From an uncultured Alphaproteobacteria bacterium (GTDB taxonomy: Bacteria; Pseudomonadota; Alphaproteobacteria; Acetobacterales; Acetobacteraceae), in NCBI GenBank assembly GCA_963726125.1, contig CAVSBG010000005.1, positions 327,412-391,411 on the forward strand: a stretch of 64,000 bases of DNA, given 5' to 3'. The translations under genes and the position numbers were made by a program. Shown here in pieces: positions 48,969 to 57,889 of this stretch (the first letter of the stretch is position 1; each line of letters starts with the position of its first letter). A model generated the notes under the pieces. The model did no database searches and was not told the DNA's origin. It worked only from the letters and a program-made list of their open reading frames with translations.

Positions 48969-50036
48969 ATGTCGTATGAGCCGAAGCGCTTCGACTTTTC
49001 CATTCCGATCCGGGTGAATCTTTCATCGGACACGCAGACCAAACCATCGCGCGGCATGAAGGAAGCGATGATGGAAGCCGAGGTCGGCGACGAGCAGATG
49101 GGCTCCGATCCCTCGATCTGGGCACTGTGCGATCGCAGTGCCGCTCTGCTGGGCAAGGAGGCCGCGGTGTTCCTGCCGTCCGGCACCATGTGCAATCAGG
49201 TCGCGATCGCGACTCATTGCCGGCCCGGTGAGGAGATCCTGGCGCACGAGTCCTCGCACATCCTGTCCAGCGAAGGCGGCGCACCGGCAGCGATCGCGGG
49301 CGCGCTGATCAAGGGGCTGCAAGGCGAACGCGGAATGTTCACGGTCGATGCGCTGGAGGAAGCGATCCGCCCGGTTTCGCGCTATTCGCCAACGCAGCGT
49401 CTGGTAGAGGTGGAGCAGACTGCCAACCGCGGTGGCGGCGCGTGCTGGAGCGTCGAAGCGTTGCGCGAGGTCACTGACGCCGCGCACGCGCATGGGCTGT
49501 CCACGCACATGGATGGTGCTCGACTGATGAACGCCGCGGTAGCGCTCAGCGTTCCGGCGACCGATCTCACCGCCGGCTGTGATTCGGTGTGGCTCGACTT
49601 TACCAAGGGCCTGGCTGCACCTTTGGGCGCCGTGCTCGCCGGATCGAGCGAGTTCATCGGCCAGGCATGGCGGTGGAAGCAGCGGTTGGGCGGCTCGATG
49701 CGGCAGGGCGGCATGAATGCTGCCGCCTGTCTCTACGCCATCGAGCACAACATCGACCGGCTCGCCGAGGACCACACCAACGCCAAGGCGCTCGCGCGTG
49801 GCATGGCCCAGATCCAGGGCATCACGGTGGAAACGCCGGAGACCAACCTGGTGTTCTTCGATACTGAAGGCACCGGCATGACGGCGGACCAGTTCGCCGG
49901 AAAGATCCGCAAGGACGGCGTGCTGGTGTCGACGTCCGGCAAATATCGCGCGCGGGCGTGTCTGCATCTCGATGTGACCGCGGCGCAGGTCGATGAAGCA
50001 CTGTCAGTGATGCGGCAGGCAGTCAGCGCGGCGTAG
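48969..50036 (+). CDS. low-specificity threonine aldolase / beta-eliminating lyase family (PLP)
   Basis: The text reads SDTQTKPSRGMKEAMMEAEVGDEQMGSDPSI...FLPSGTMCNQVAI. A probable PLP lysine lies in WLDFTKGL. Confidence 0.8.
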   Translation: MSYEPKRFDFSIPIRVNLSSDTQTKPSRGMKEAMMEAEVGDEQMGSDPSIWALCDRSAALLGKEAAVFLPSGTMCNQVAIATHCRPGEEILAHESSHILSSEGGAPAAIAGALIKGLQGERGMFTVDALEEAIRPVSRYSPTQRLVEVEQTANRGGGACWSVEALREVTDAAHAHGLSTHMDGARLMNAAVALSVPATDLTAGCDSVWLDFTKGLAAPLGAVLAGSSEFIGQAWRWKQRLGGSMRQGGMNAAACLYAIEHNIDRLAEDHTNAKALARGMAQIQGITVETPETNLVFFDTEGTGMTADQFAGKIRKDGVLVSTSGKYRARACLHLDVTAAQVDEALSVMRQAVSAA

Positions 50037-50043
50037 GCCAGCG

Positions 50044-53000
50044 TCACTCGGCGGCGGCGGTTTCCCGCGCAGCCTGCTCGCGCGATACCAGGCTCAGCCA
50101 CGCCGCTCGCCGGACAGCTGCCTGAGCAGCCAATGTGCTGGGCTTGAAAGCTGCGCGTGCGGCCTCGCCCAGGCGTTGTCGCAACGGCGCATCGCGCACC
50201 AGCTGCGCGAGTGCCAGGAACCATGCATCCTGGTCATCTGGCAGCAACCATCCCGCGGGGCCGTCCGCGAGGCTGCCACGATATGCCTCAACGTCGGAGG
50301 CGAGTACCGGCAGTCCGAGCGCCGCATAGTCCAACGCCTTCAACGACGATTTGGCGCGGTTGAACGTCGAACCAACCAGCGGCGCGATCCCGATGTCAAA
50401 ATGCTGCTGCGTAAACCAGTTCACGAAGCCGGGGTAGGAATGAGTAGCGTGTACGGACAACCGAATGCGGTTCACCCAGTCAGGCAGTTCCGAACGTCCG
50501 CTGATGCCAATCACATCGAAGGACACATGTCGCCCGAACGCGTCGAGGACCCGCTCCAGTGCCGGCTCCACCAACTTGAAATCCGCATCATGCGTGGCGG
50601 TGCCCATGAACACGATGCGTATCGGGCCCTCTCGCTGCGGAGTTGGCGGTGGCCACGCGCTCCACAGTCGCTCGTCCAGCCCATTCTTCACGACGCGCAC
50701 ATCGTCGCGCAGATCCTTCAGCGTATCCGCGAGTGTCGGCGTGGAAACCCATACCGCATCCGCGCCGCGAACCAGATGTGTCACGAGTTTCGCGCGCGGC
50801 CGTAGTTGCGCCGCGTCCGGGTGGTCGCGCGGAATGCGACGCAGGTCGTCATCGATGTCATAGAGCAGCGTAATGCCGTGGTCGCGGCAATGGCGGATCA
50901 ATGCCTCGGCATGCTCGATGTCTGCCAGCGCGTAGCGGTGCGTCACGATAATGTCGGCGCGATAATGCAACGCCTCCGCGGCATCGGCGATCACGATGTT
51001 CCACGCGCCGCCGATATTCGGGTGATCCAGCGGCTGCAACAATCGGATATAGGCGCATGGGGTCAACGGACCAGTGGGAAAGCGCTCCGGGATCACGACC
51101 ACACTGATCCGATCCTTGCGGCGCAGATCGATCGGTCCGGACACATGCGGCGACGCCGGACGGATGTATTGATCGCGATAGAAGTCGGCGATTGGCTTGC
51201 GTGGCTTGCCGACCGGCGGCTTGCGCTGACGCATCAGTTCGCTGCGCACCTTGTCGAACGTGGCGAGCCATTCCTCGGCCGTGGCGTCGGGATCAACCAG
51301 CCAGGTCAGCGGTCGTCCCTCCAGCCGCTCTACGAACGCACCTATGCGCGTCGCAACGATGGGCAGGCCAGCGTCGATCGCGGCGGACAGAGTGTAGCTG
51401 TAGGTCTCGGGCCACTGAGCGGGGAACCACGCGACGTGCGGCTTCGCCTTGGCCAGGAGCGCGGGTAGTTCCGCTTCCTTGTACTCACCGGTGCTGTCAA
51501 CGCTGTCCGCAAGCCAGCCGGGCAATCCTTTCTCGATATAGCCGATAAGGTGAAGCGACAACGCGTTCCGATCCGCTGCCGCGGCGACGTTCATCACGCT
51601 GACCGCACCTTTCTGATTGGCCAGCACGCCGATAAGCGCCACGCGCAATGCACGGCCCTTGGCGAGCACAGGCAACGACAGTTTCCATGGTGCAGCGGCC
51701 ACAGGCTCGTATGGTGCGACGACAGTGCCTCGATCGAACCCGTAACGAGCCAGGCGTGTGCGGGCGTCCTCGCTGGGACATATCACCCGTTCCGCCTCGA
51801 TGAACTGCCACGCGTTGGCGCGGCGCCAGGAGGTTATATCGCGTGCCGCGAAGCTTGGCCGATCGGCGATGCAGGCGTTGCAACCCGCGGCGTCGGGCTC
51901 ACCGCAATAGTTGTCTTGCAGCCATGGCAGCAGGTTCACCTGAGGGCAGATCGCGAAATAGTCGTGTACGGTCACGTCGAATGGGACGCCGAGCCGGTGG
52001 ATCAGGGCGGCAGCATCAAGGTCCATTCCCATCAGGTGGTGGATGTGCGCGCGGGTCACGCGTGCCGACTGCAACACCAGCACAAGCTCCGGCAGGCGTT
52101 CGGTCGGCAGGACCAGTTGCGAGTGACCAGGCAATGCCGGAATCGACAGGGCGGCTCCACGGGAGGTTGCTGACAACAACAGGCAATTCGCCTTGCCGGC
52201 GACGTGCTCCACTAATTCCAGCACATGCCGTCCCACGCCACCGCCGAGGTCGTGCGCCAGCATCAGGATGCCGGGCAGGTTGGAACGACGGAACAGTTCG
52301 GTGGTAAGGCAGAACCGAAACGGTCCGGCGGGATCGTCCTTTATGTGCTTTGCCACCAGGCCGAGGTAATGCGGATAACGTTGGCTCAGCAGCTCCATGG
52401 CATGGCGCTCGGCCGGTTTCGCGCCGGCACCAAAGCTCACCGCGCCCTCGTGGAACACGAAGGTGTCGCACGCCAGCAGGTGGTGCCAGCCGCGCGCGCT
52501 GGCCCGCATGCAGAAGTCGTTCTCCTCGCCGTAGCCGCGGTCGAACGTCTCGACATCGAACTGGCCGACATCGGCGAGCGCGGCGCGCCGGATATACATG
52601 CAGAACCCGACTGTGGTTGGCACCTCGACACTGCGGCCGCCATTGGCCGCGCGGCAGGCTTCATCCAGATAGGCCACGCCATGCCCGAACGCCGCTGGGC
52701 TCGCGTCGATGCTGGGATAGCCACAGATGGTCGCGTTGTTCGAGAAGGGCGACACGGATGCTACGCGCGGCGCCCCGTAGGCATGGCCGCCAAGCCGTGC
52801 GAGCCAGCCGGCAGCCACCTCGGTGTCGCTGTTCAACAGCACGACGTCATCCGCCCCGGCTGCCTCCATGCCGATATTCGCCGAGGCAACGAAACCCAGA
52901 TTGCGCCGGTTGCGTACCAGCTGGATGCGGCCTTCGCTCGCCAGACGATCGAGCCAGGCGGACAGTTTCGCGTCCGGTGCGCGGTCGTCCACCACGATCA

Positions 53001-53553
53001 CGCGCCCCGGCGGCCGATCCGTATCGGCCAATACCGAGGTGATGCAGCGGCGTGTCTGTGCCAGCCCGCGGTACACCGGGATGATGATGTCCACCACGAC
53101 ACCGCGCGGCAGCGTCGGCGACGCGACACCGCTTGGCAGATAGTCGCGTATCGCTATCGGCTTCTCGGTGAGCCACCCGCGCGCGGCGCCGTGCATGAGA
53201 TGGTAGAGCAGCGGGTTTCCTGCCGCCTCGGGATGCTCATCGGCATAGTACACCGCGTCGAAGCGCGGGTGCGGATTGCGCAGTTCCGACGCCCCGATCG
53301 TGAGGTAGTGCAACAGTGGGTGCTGCCCCGAACTCATCACGTCCGGGTAATGAGAAACGTACCAGGCACTGTTGAAATAGCGGTTCGGATCACGGCCCTC
53401 GGCAGCGCCGTACAGAACGAAGTGCTTCAGTGGCTCCAGGCCACTGACGACCACATCAGGATAGCGGGTCGTGTACCATTCCGGATCGAAGAATCCGCTG
53501 AAGGCATCGCCCAGGCCGGCTATCGCGTCTGGCTTCACTGAAGGAGGCAGCAT
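50044..53553 (-). CDS. multidomain glycosyltransferase (N-terminal repeat region, GT2 domain, C-terminal GT-B/GT1-like domains)
   Basis: The 1169-aa protein has a GT2 core reading VDIIIPVYRGL...VIVVDDRAP...NLGFVASANIG...LLNSDTEV. It has three N-terminal repeats of about 35 aa (Y..YPDV...G..PL.HY...G..EGR.PN type) and a long GT-B-like C-terminal half. Confidence 0.8.
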   Translation of the reverse strand: MLPPSVKPDAIAGLGDAFSGFFDPEWYTTRYPDVVVSGLEPLKHFVLYGAAEGRDPNRYFNSAWYVSHYPDVMSSGQHPLLHYLTIGASELRNPHPRFDAVYYADEHPEAAGNPLLYHLMHGAARGWLTEKPIAIRDYLPSGVASPTLPRGVVVDIIIPVYRGLAQTRRCITSVLADTDRPPGRVIVVDDRAPDAKLSAWLDRLASEGRIQLVRNRRNLGFVASANIGMEAAGADDVVLLNSDTEVAAGWLARLGGHAYGAPRVASVSPFSNNATICGYPSIDASPAAFGHGVAYLDEACRAANGGRSVEVPTTVGFCMYIRRAALADVGQFDVETFDRGYGEENDFCMRASARGWHHLLACDTFVFHEGAVSFGAGAKPAERHAMELLSQRYPHYLGLVAKHIKDDPAGPFRFCLTTELFRRSNLPGILMLAHDLGGGVGRHVLELVEHVAGKANCLLLSATSRGAALSIPALPGHSQLVLPTERLPELVLVLQSARVTRAHIHHLMGMDLDAAALIHRLGVPFDVTVHDYFAICPQVNLLPWLQDNYCGEPDAAGCNACIADRPSFAARDITSWRRANAWQFIEAERVICPSEDARTRLARYGFDRGTVVAPYEPVAAAPWKLSLPVLAKGRALRVALIGVLANQKGAVSVMNVAAAADRNALSLHLIGYIEKGLPGWLADSVDSTGEYKEAELPALLAKAKPHVAWFPAQWPETYSYTLSAAIDAGLPIVATRIGAFVERLEGRPLTWLVDPDATAEEWLATFDKVRSELMRQRKPPVGKPRKPIADFYRDQYIRPASPHVSGPIDLRRKDRISVVVIPERFPTGPLTPCAYIRLLQPLDHPNIGGAWNIVIADAAEALHYRADIIVTHRYALADIEHAEALIRHCRDHGITLLYDIDDDLRRIPRDHPDAAQLRPRAKLVTHLVRGADAVWVSTPTLADTLKDLRDDVRVVKNGLDERLWSAWPPPTPQREGPIRIVFMGTATHDADFKLVEPALERVLDAFGRHVSFDVIGISGRSELPDWVNRIRLSVHATHSYPGFVNWFTQQHFDIGIAPLVGSTFNRAKSSLKALDYAALGLPVLASDVEAYRGSLADGPAGWLLPDDQDAWFLALAQLVRDAPLRQRLGEAARAAFKPSTLAAQAAVRRAAWLSLVSREQAARETAAAE

Positions 53554-53772
53554 GCCGATGGGTTACCTGTCAGGCTCAATCTGTTGTCGTTGCGGCTGCG
53601 CATGAGCACGACCGGACTGCGCCCGGGCAGCAACGGCAGTTCCGCTGGGTTGAACCCGGCTACCGCTTCACTCCGTGCAATGGCAAGGGGTTGCCGAACA
53701 TGTCAAGCAGGAACGTAGCGGTCGGCACAAAGCTGGGCTAACTAGCCTCGGTTTCGGTGGGGAGTGGACAAG

Positions 53773-54573
53773 ATGCTCAAGATCGCCGTCTGCGCGATCT
53801 TCAAGGACGAAGGGCCGTACCTGTTGGAGTGGCTGGCGTTCCACAAGCTGATTGGAGTGGACCTGTTCTTCCTGTATGACAACGACAGCAGCGATGGCGG
53901 CAGCGACATCATCCGGCGATCTGACTTCGCCAGGAACGTGACGGTCATCCCGTGGAGTGATCGGCCCGGGCAGCTTTCCGCCTATAACCATTTCCGCGTC
54001 CATTACGCGCCGCGATTCACCTGGGTCGCATTCATCGACATCGACGAGTTCATCATGCCTGCCGTCGGCAGCTCGATCCGCGATATCGTGTTGCGACCGG
54101 TGTACGACCCGTTCGCCGCGATTCTGATGCAGTGGCGCGTGTTCGGTCCCTCGGGACACCATAATCGCCCGGATGGGCTGGTGCTGGAGAACTATACCTA
54201 CCGGATGCCGGACCACAACTCGACCAGCCGCCACGTCAAGTCGCTGGTGCGGCCTGAAAAGCTGGAGAGCATCGACTACACACCGCATGCCGCCGAATGC
54301 AGCGGCCCGCACTGCAACACGCGCGGGGACCCGGTGCTTCCCTATGCGATCCAACCGACCGAATGCCACGATGTGATGGTGGTCAATCACTACTTCACCA
54401 AGTCGCGTGCGGACTGGCTGGCCAAGGTGCGTCGCGGCAAGGCTGACGCGCGTGACCCGGTGGCCAATCCGTACAATCCACGCGTGCTGTCTGATGTCGC
54501 CGGCGCGGCGACAATCGAGGACTTCGACGCGCTGCGTTTCCTGCCGCGATTGCGGACCTTGCTGCCGTCCTGA
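53773..54573 (+). CDS. GT92-like (DUF23-type) glycosyltransferase, paralogue 1
   Basis: The text reads KIAVCAIFKDEGPYLLEWLAFHKLIGVDLFFLYDNDSSDG...IDIDEF. ATG 53773 aligns with the paralogue start. An alternative GTG start lies at 53764. Confidence 0.7.
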   Translation: MLKIAVCAIFKDEGPYLLEWLAFHKLIGVDLFFLYDNDSSDGGSDIIRRSDFARNVTVIPWSDRPGQLSAYNHFRVHYAPRFTWVAFIDIDEFIMPAVGSSIRDIVLRPVYDPFAAILMQWRVFGPSGHHNRPDGLVLENYTYRMPDHNSTSRHVKSLVRPEKLESIDYTPHAAECSGPHCNTRGDPVLPYAIQPTECHDVMVVNHYFTKSRADWLAKVRRGKADARDPVANPYNPRVLSDVAGAATIEDFDALRFLPRLRTLLPS

Positions 54574-54586
54574 TACAGAACGGAAC

Positions 54587-55387
54587 ATGGACAAGATCGC
54601 CATCTGCGCCATATTCAAGGACGAGGCCCGCTATCTGCTGGAATGGCTGGCGTTCCACCGGTTGATCGGCGTCAACTCGTTCGTGCTGTACGATAACGGC
54701 AGCACCGACGGTGGCCCGGAGCTCATTCGCCGCTCGCAATTCGCGCATCATGTGACATTGATCGACTGGCCCGGCGTCGGCATGCAGATTCCGGCCTATC
54801 AGCACTTTTGCGCCTATCATGCGGCGAAGTTCGACTGGGCGGCGATTATAGACCTGGACGAGTTCATCATGCCGGTCGGTGGTAATACAATTCGCGAGCC
54901 GCTGACCCGACGGGCCTATTCCGTTTACTCATCGATCCTGCTGCAGTGGTTCGTGTTTGGGCCGTCGGGACATCGTCGCCGGCCGAACGGGCTGGTGACC
55001 GAAAGTTACACCACACGCCTGCCGGACAACATGCCATCTAACCGCCACGTCAAGCCCCTGGTGCGCGGCAAGGCGGTATCGACGGCGAGCACCACGCCGC
55101 ACATCATCAACGTCAGCGGACCCACTTGCGATACGCGTGGCCAGACCGTTCTGTCCTATGCGCAACAGCCGCTCGAGTGTCATGACGTGCTGGTAGTCAA
55201 TCACTATTACACCAAGTCGCGCGAGGATTGGCTGGCCAAGATCGGCCGCGGCAAGGCCGACGCGCTGGATCAGGCGGCTCATCCATATCCGGATTCGATC
55301 TATTACGATGTTGAGCGGGACGCAAAGGTGGAAGACAGGAACGCGCTGCGTTTTGTTCCTCGATTGAAGGCAATGTTGCAAGTCTGA
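54587..55387 (+). CDS. GT92-like (DUF23-type) glycosyltransferase, paralogue 2
   Basis: The text reads MDKIAICAIFKDEARYLLEWLAFHRLIGVNSFVLYDNGSTDG...IDLDEF. By eye it is roughly half identical to paralogue 1 along its whole length. The extension to 54407 is rejected. Confidence 0.7.
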   Translation: MDKIAICAIFKDEARYLLEWLAFHRLIGVNSFVLYDNGSTDGGPELIRRSQFAHHVTLIDWPGVGMQIPAYQHFCAYHAAKFDWAAIIDLDEFIMPVGGNTIREPLTRRAYSVYSSILLQWFVFGPSGHRRRPNGLVTESYTTRLPDNMPSNRHVKPLVRGKAVSTASTTPHIINVSGPTCDTRGQTVLSYAQQPLECHDVLVVNHYYTKSREDWLAKIGRGKADALDQAAHPYPDSIYYDVERDAKVEDRNALRFVPRLKAMLQV

Positions 55388-55432
55388 GCAAGTGAAGCAC
55401 ATGTCTGCCAATGCGATCCGTTTGGAGGATTC

Positions 55433-56548
55433 ATGAAGATCACAGCGGTCGAGACCTACTGGACACGCATTCCGTTCGACATGGGCGGCAAGCCGGCGGC
55501 GGTCGGCGGCCTTGGCTGGCAATCAATGAACACGGTGTGGCTACGCGTCCTCACAGATCAGGGACTGGAAGGCTGGGGCGAGGGCTTTGGACATGCCTCG
55601 GCCGCGGCGACCAAGACGGTGATGGATGGTCAACTGGCCCCCGCGCTCATCGGCCAGGACGCGCGCGACATCGCCGGTCTGCGCGCGCGCCTGTCGAAGG
55701 CGTTCCATGGTTTCGGCCGCAACGGTGCCCATGTGTTCGCGCTGTCGGCGCTGGACATCGCGCTGTGGGACATCGCCGGCAAGGCGGCGGGCCTGCCACT
55801 GTGGCGGCTGCTGGGTGCAACGCCGGTCACACAGCTCACGTCGTACGCCAGCCTGTTGCGCTACGGCGAGGCGTCGCAGGTCGCTGCGGCGTGTGAGCGT
55901 GCCGTCGCGCGTGGCTATCGCGATATCAAGCTGCACGAGATCACCGTGCCGGAGGTCCGTGCTGCACGGCAAGCCATCGGTCCGGACGCACGATTGATGG
56001 TCGATACCAACTGCCCTTGGACGGTATGGCAGGCGATCGACATGGCCCGCCGCATGCGCGAGTTCGACCTGACCTGGCTGGAGGAACCGGTCATGCCGCC
56101 CGGCGATCATGCCGGCCTCGCGCGGGTTCGACGGGAGGGCGGCGTGCCGATCGCGGCTGGCGAGAATGCGGCCGGCCTGCACGACTTCCTCGGCCAGTTC
56201 GAGGCTGGTGCGATCGACGTTGCGCAGCCGAGCGTGATCAAGATCGGGGGTCCGTCGGCAATGCTGGAGATCGCCGCGCTGGCGAAGGCGTTCGGCGTGC
56301 GCGTCGTGCCGCACAATGCGTATTTCGGGTCGGGTTTCCTGGCGTCACTGCATGTCAACGCGACCATCGCACCGGACGAGCCGTTCGAACGGCTGTTCAT
56401 CGATCTGGAGGCGAGTCCTCTGCACGATTTCGTGGTGGCGAAGGATGGCAAGGTCGCTGTGCCGGACAAGCCTGGTCTCGGCTGCGATCCGGACATGGAT
56501 GTGCTGCGGCGTTACATGATCGCCGGACCGACGCTTCACGACGCGTGA
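55433..56548 (+). CDS. mandelate racemase/muconate lactonizing enzyme family (enolase superfamily)
   Basis: The metal-ligand blocks are MVDTNCPW, WLEEPV and AAGEN. The catalytic region reads DVAQPSVIKIGG. A GGAGGA RBS is present. Confidence 0.9.
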   Translation: MKITAVETYWTRIPFDMGGKPAAVGGLGWQSMNTVWLRVLTDQGLEGWGEGFGHASAAATKTVMDGQLAPALIGQDARDIAGLRARLSKAFHGFGRNGAHVFALSALDIALWDIAGKAAGLPLWRLLGATPVTQLTSYASLLRYGEASQVAAACERAVARGYRDIKLHEITVPEVRAARQAIGPDARLMVDTNCPWTVWQAIDMARRMREFDLTWLEEPVMPPGDHAGLARVRREGGVPIAAGENAAGLHDFLGQFEAGAIDVAQPSVIKIGGPSAMLEIAALAKAFGVRVVPHNAYFGSGFLASLHVNATIAPDEPFERLFIDLEASPLHDFVVAKDGKVAVPDKPGLGCDPDMDVLRRYMIAGPTLHDA

Positions 56549-56643
56549 CCGCACGGCGTCGTGTAGGAATGACACGGCGATCTGACTGGACGAGCGCCTC
56601 GCGTCATGGCTGATCCGATGACCGGTTTGCTTGGGTCACCGGG

Positions 56644-57219
56644 GTGATTGCCATGAGACTGCGCTACTGGGTTGCCATGTTCGTGGTGCTGCCATGTGCC
56701 GGACAAGCAGGAACGAATATGGTGCCCGAGCAGGCGTTGCTGTCGCCGGTCGGCTCTGCGTGTATCTCGTCGCCATTCGGGCCGCGGGTGCTGCCGAACC
56801 ATCCGCTTGCAGGCACCTTTCACTACGGCGTGGACATGCCGGCTCCGGAGGGTGCGCCAATCCGCGCGACCGCGGCGGGCACCGTGATCCGCGTGCAGCA
56901 CAACGGGCCCGGCGGGTTGGAGGTACTGGTGCAGCATAACGGCTTTGTCGGTATCTACAGCCATCTCGGCATGGTCACCCCGGCGATCGCAGACGGTCAG
57001 CGTATGCTGACTGCGGGGGAGAAGATCGGCGTGGTCGGGCAAACCGGCGTGACCTACGGGATGCACGTCTACTTCGAGATGCTGATGGCTGGTCGGCCGG
57101 TGGATCCTGCGCCATTCCTGGGGTTGTCGCTGTGCAATGGGGCGACCAGGCGTGCGTCGGATATGCTCGCGTCGGACGGGAAGATCCCGCCGACCCGGCA
57201 CTACGCAGGGTTGAACTAA
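56644..57219 (+). CDS. M23/LytM-domain protein with a degenerate HxH motif
   Basis: The signal peptide is MRLRYWVAMFVVLPCAGQAG. HYGVDMPAPEG (HxxxD) is present, but the second motif reads GMHVYFE where GxHxHFE is expected. An alternative ATG start lies at 56653. Confidence 0.8.
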   Translation: MIAMRLRYWVAMFVVLPCAGQAGTNMVPEQALLSPVGSACISSPFGPRVLPNHPLAGTFHYGVDMPAPEGAPIRATAAGTVIRVQHNGPGGLEVLVQHNGFVGIYSHLGMVTPAIADGQRMLTAGEKIGVVGQTGVTYGMHVYFEMLMAGRPVDPAPFLGLSLCNGATRRASDMLASDGKIPPTRHYAGLN

Positions 57220-57268
57220 ATCGCGGGGCAGACTCAACTCTGCATTCACGATCCTGTTATCTGCCGCG

Positions 57269-57784
57269 ATGCGTGCGGCAGCCTTGTTAATTGGACTGTG
57301 CCTCGCTTGGCCCGCCTTCGGCGCCCCGAAGGGGGAGTCTGCCTGCACCGCCATGCTGATGCCGCCGGAACAGCTTCACGAGATCTCTCGCGGGTTCGGG
57401 CATGGGCATACGGGGATCGACCTGATGGCTCCCTACGGGTCGCCAATCCGGGCCGCCGCAGGCGGGACGGTGGTGTATGCCGGGTGGTATTTCGCCTACG
57501 GCAAGATCGTCGATATCCGGCATGCGGATGGGCTCGTCACGCGGTACGCCCACATGTCGGAGTTCGCGCCGGGCATCGCGCCGGGTACGCCGGTGGCGGC
57601 CGGAGCGATGATTGGGCGTATCGGCACGACGGGGCGGGCTCATGGGGCTCACGTGCACTTCGAAGTGCGGATCGATGGCCAACCGGTCGACCCGCGGCCT
57701 TTCCTGGCTTTGGCGGCGTGCAACCGATTGGCGCGGGAACCGGTCGAGGAGGCTCGCGTGCCGGAGGGGCGGCGGGACAGGTAG
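57269..57784 (+). CDS. M23 family metallopeptidase (canonical motifs)
   Basis: A signal peptide is present. The motifs are HTGIDLMAPYG (HxxxD), RYAHMS and GAHVHFEVRIDGQPVDP (HxH). Confidence 0.8.
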   Translation: MRAAALLIGLCLAWPAFGAPKGESACTAMLMPPEQLHEISRGFGHGHTGIDLMAPYGSPIRAAAGGTVVYAGWYFAYGKIVDIRHADGLVTRYAHMSEFAPGIAPGTPVAAGAMIGRIGTTGRAHGAHVHFEVRIDGQPVDPRPFLALAACNRLAREPVEEARVPEGRRDR

Positions 57785-57785
57785 C

Positions 57786-57873
57786 GGCGCCCCCCGCGGC
57801 GCCCCCTCTTCCGCGGCGCCCCCTTCCCCGTGGCGCCCCCTCCCCAACCCTCCCCCGCTTCGCGGGAGAGGGA
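57786..57873. repeat. REP-like element preceded by three degenerate tandem half-copies
   Basis: The sequence reads ggcgccccccgc / ggcgccccctcttccgc / ggcgcccccttccccgt / ggcgccccctccccaaccctcccccgcttcgcgggagaggga. The last unit matches the reverse complement of 1381-1418. Confidence 0.8.
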
Positions 57874-57889
57874 GTCCTTGCTGGGCGGG

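Noticed and set aside
57786-57873. A possible CRISPR-like array, suggested by the short tandem ggcgccccc... units.
   Set aside because: The units are only 12-17 bp and directly abut one another with no spacers. They merge into a REP-family palindrome. No cas genes are present.
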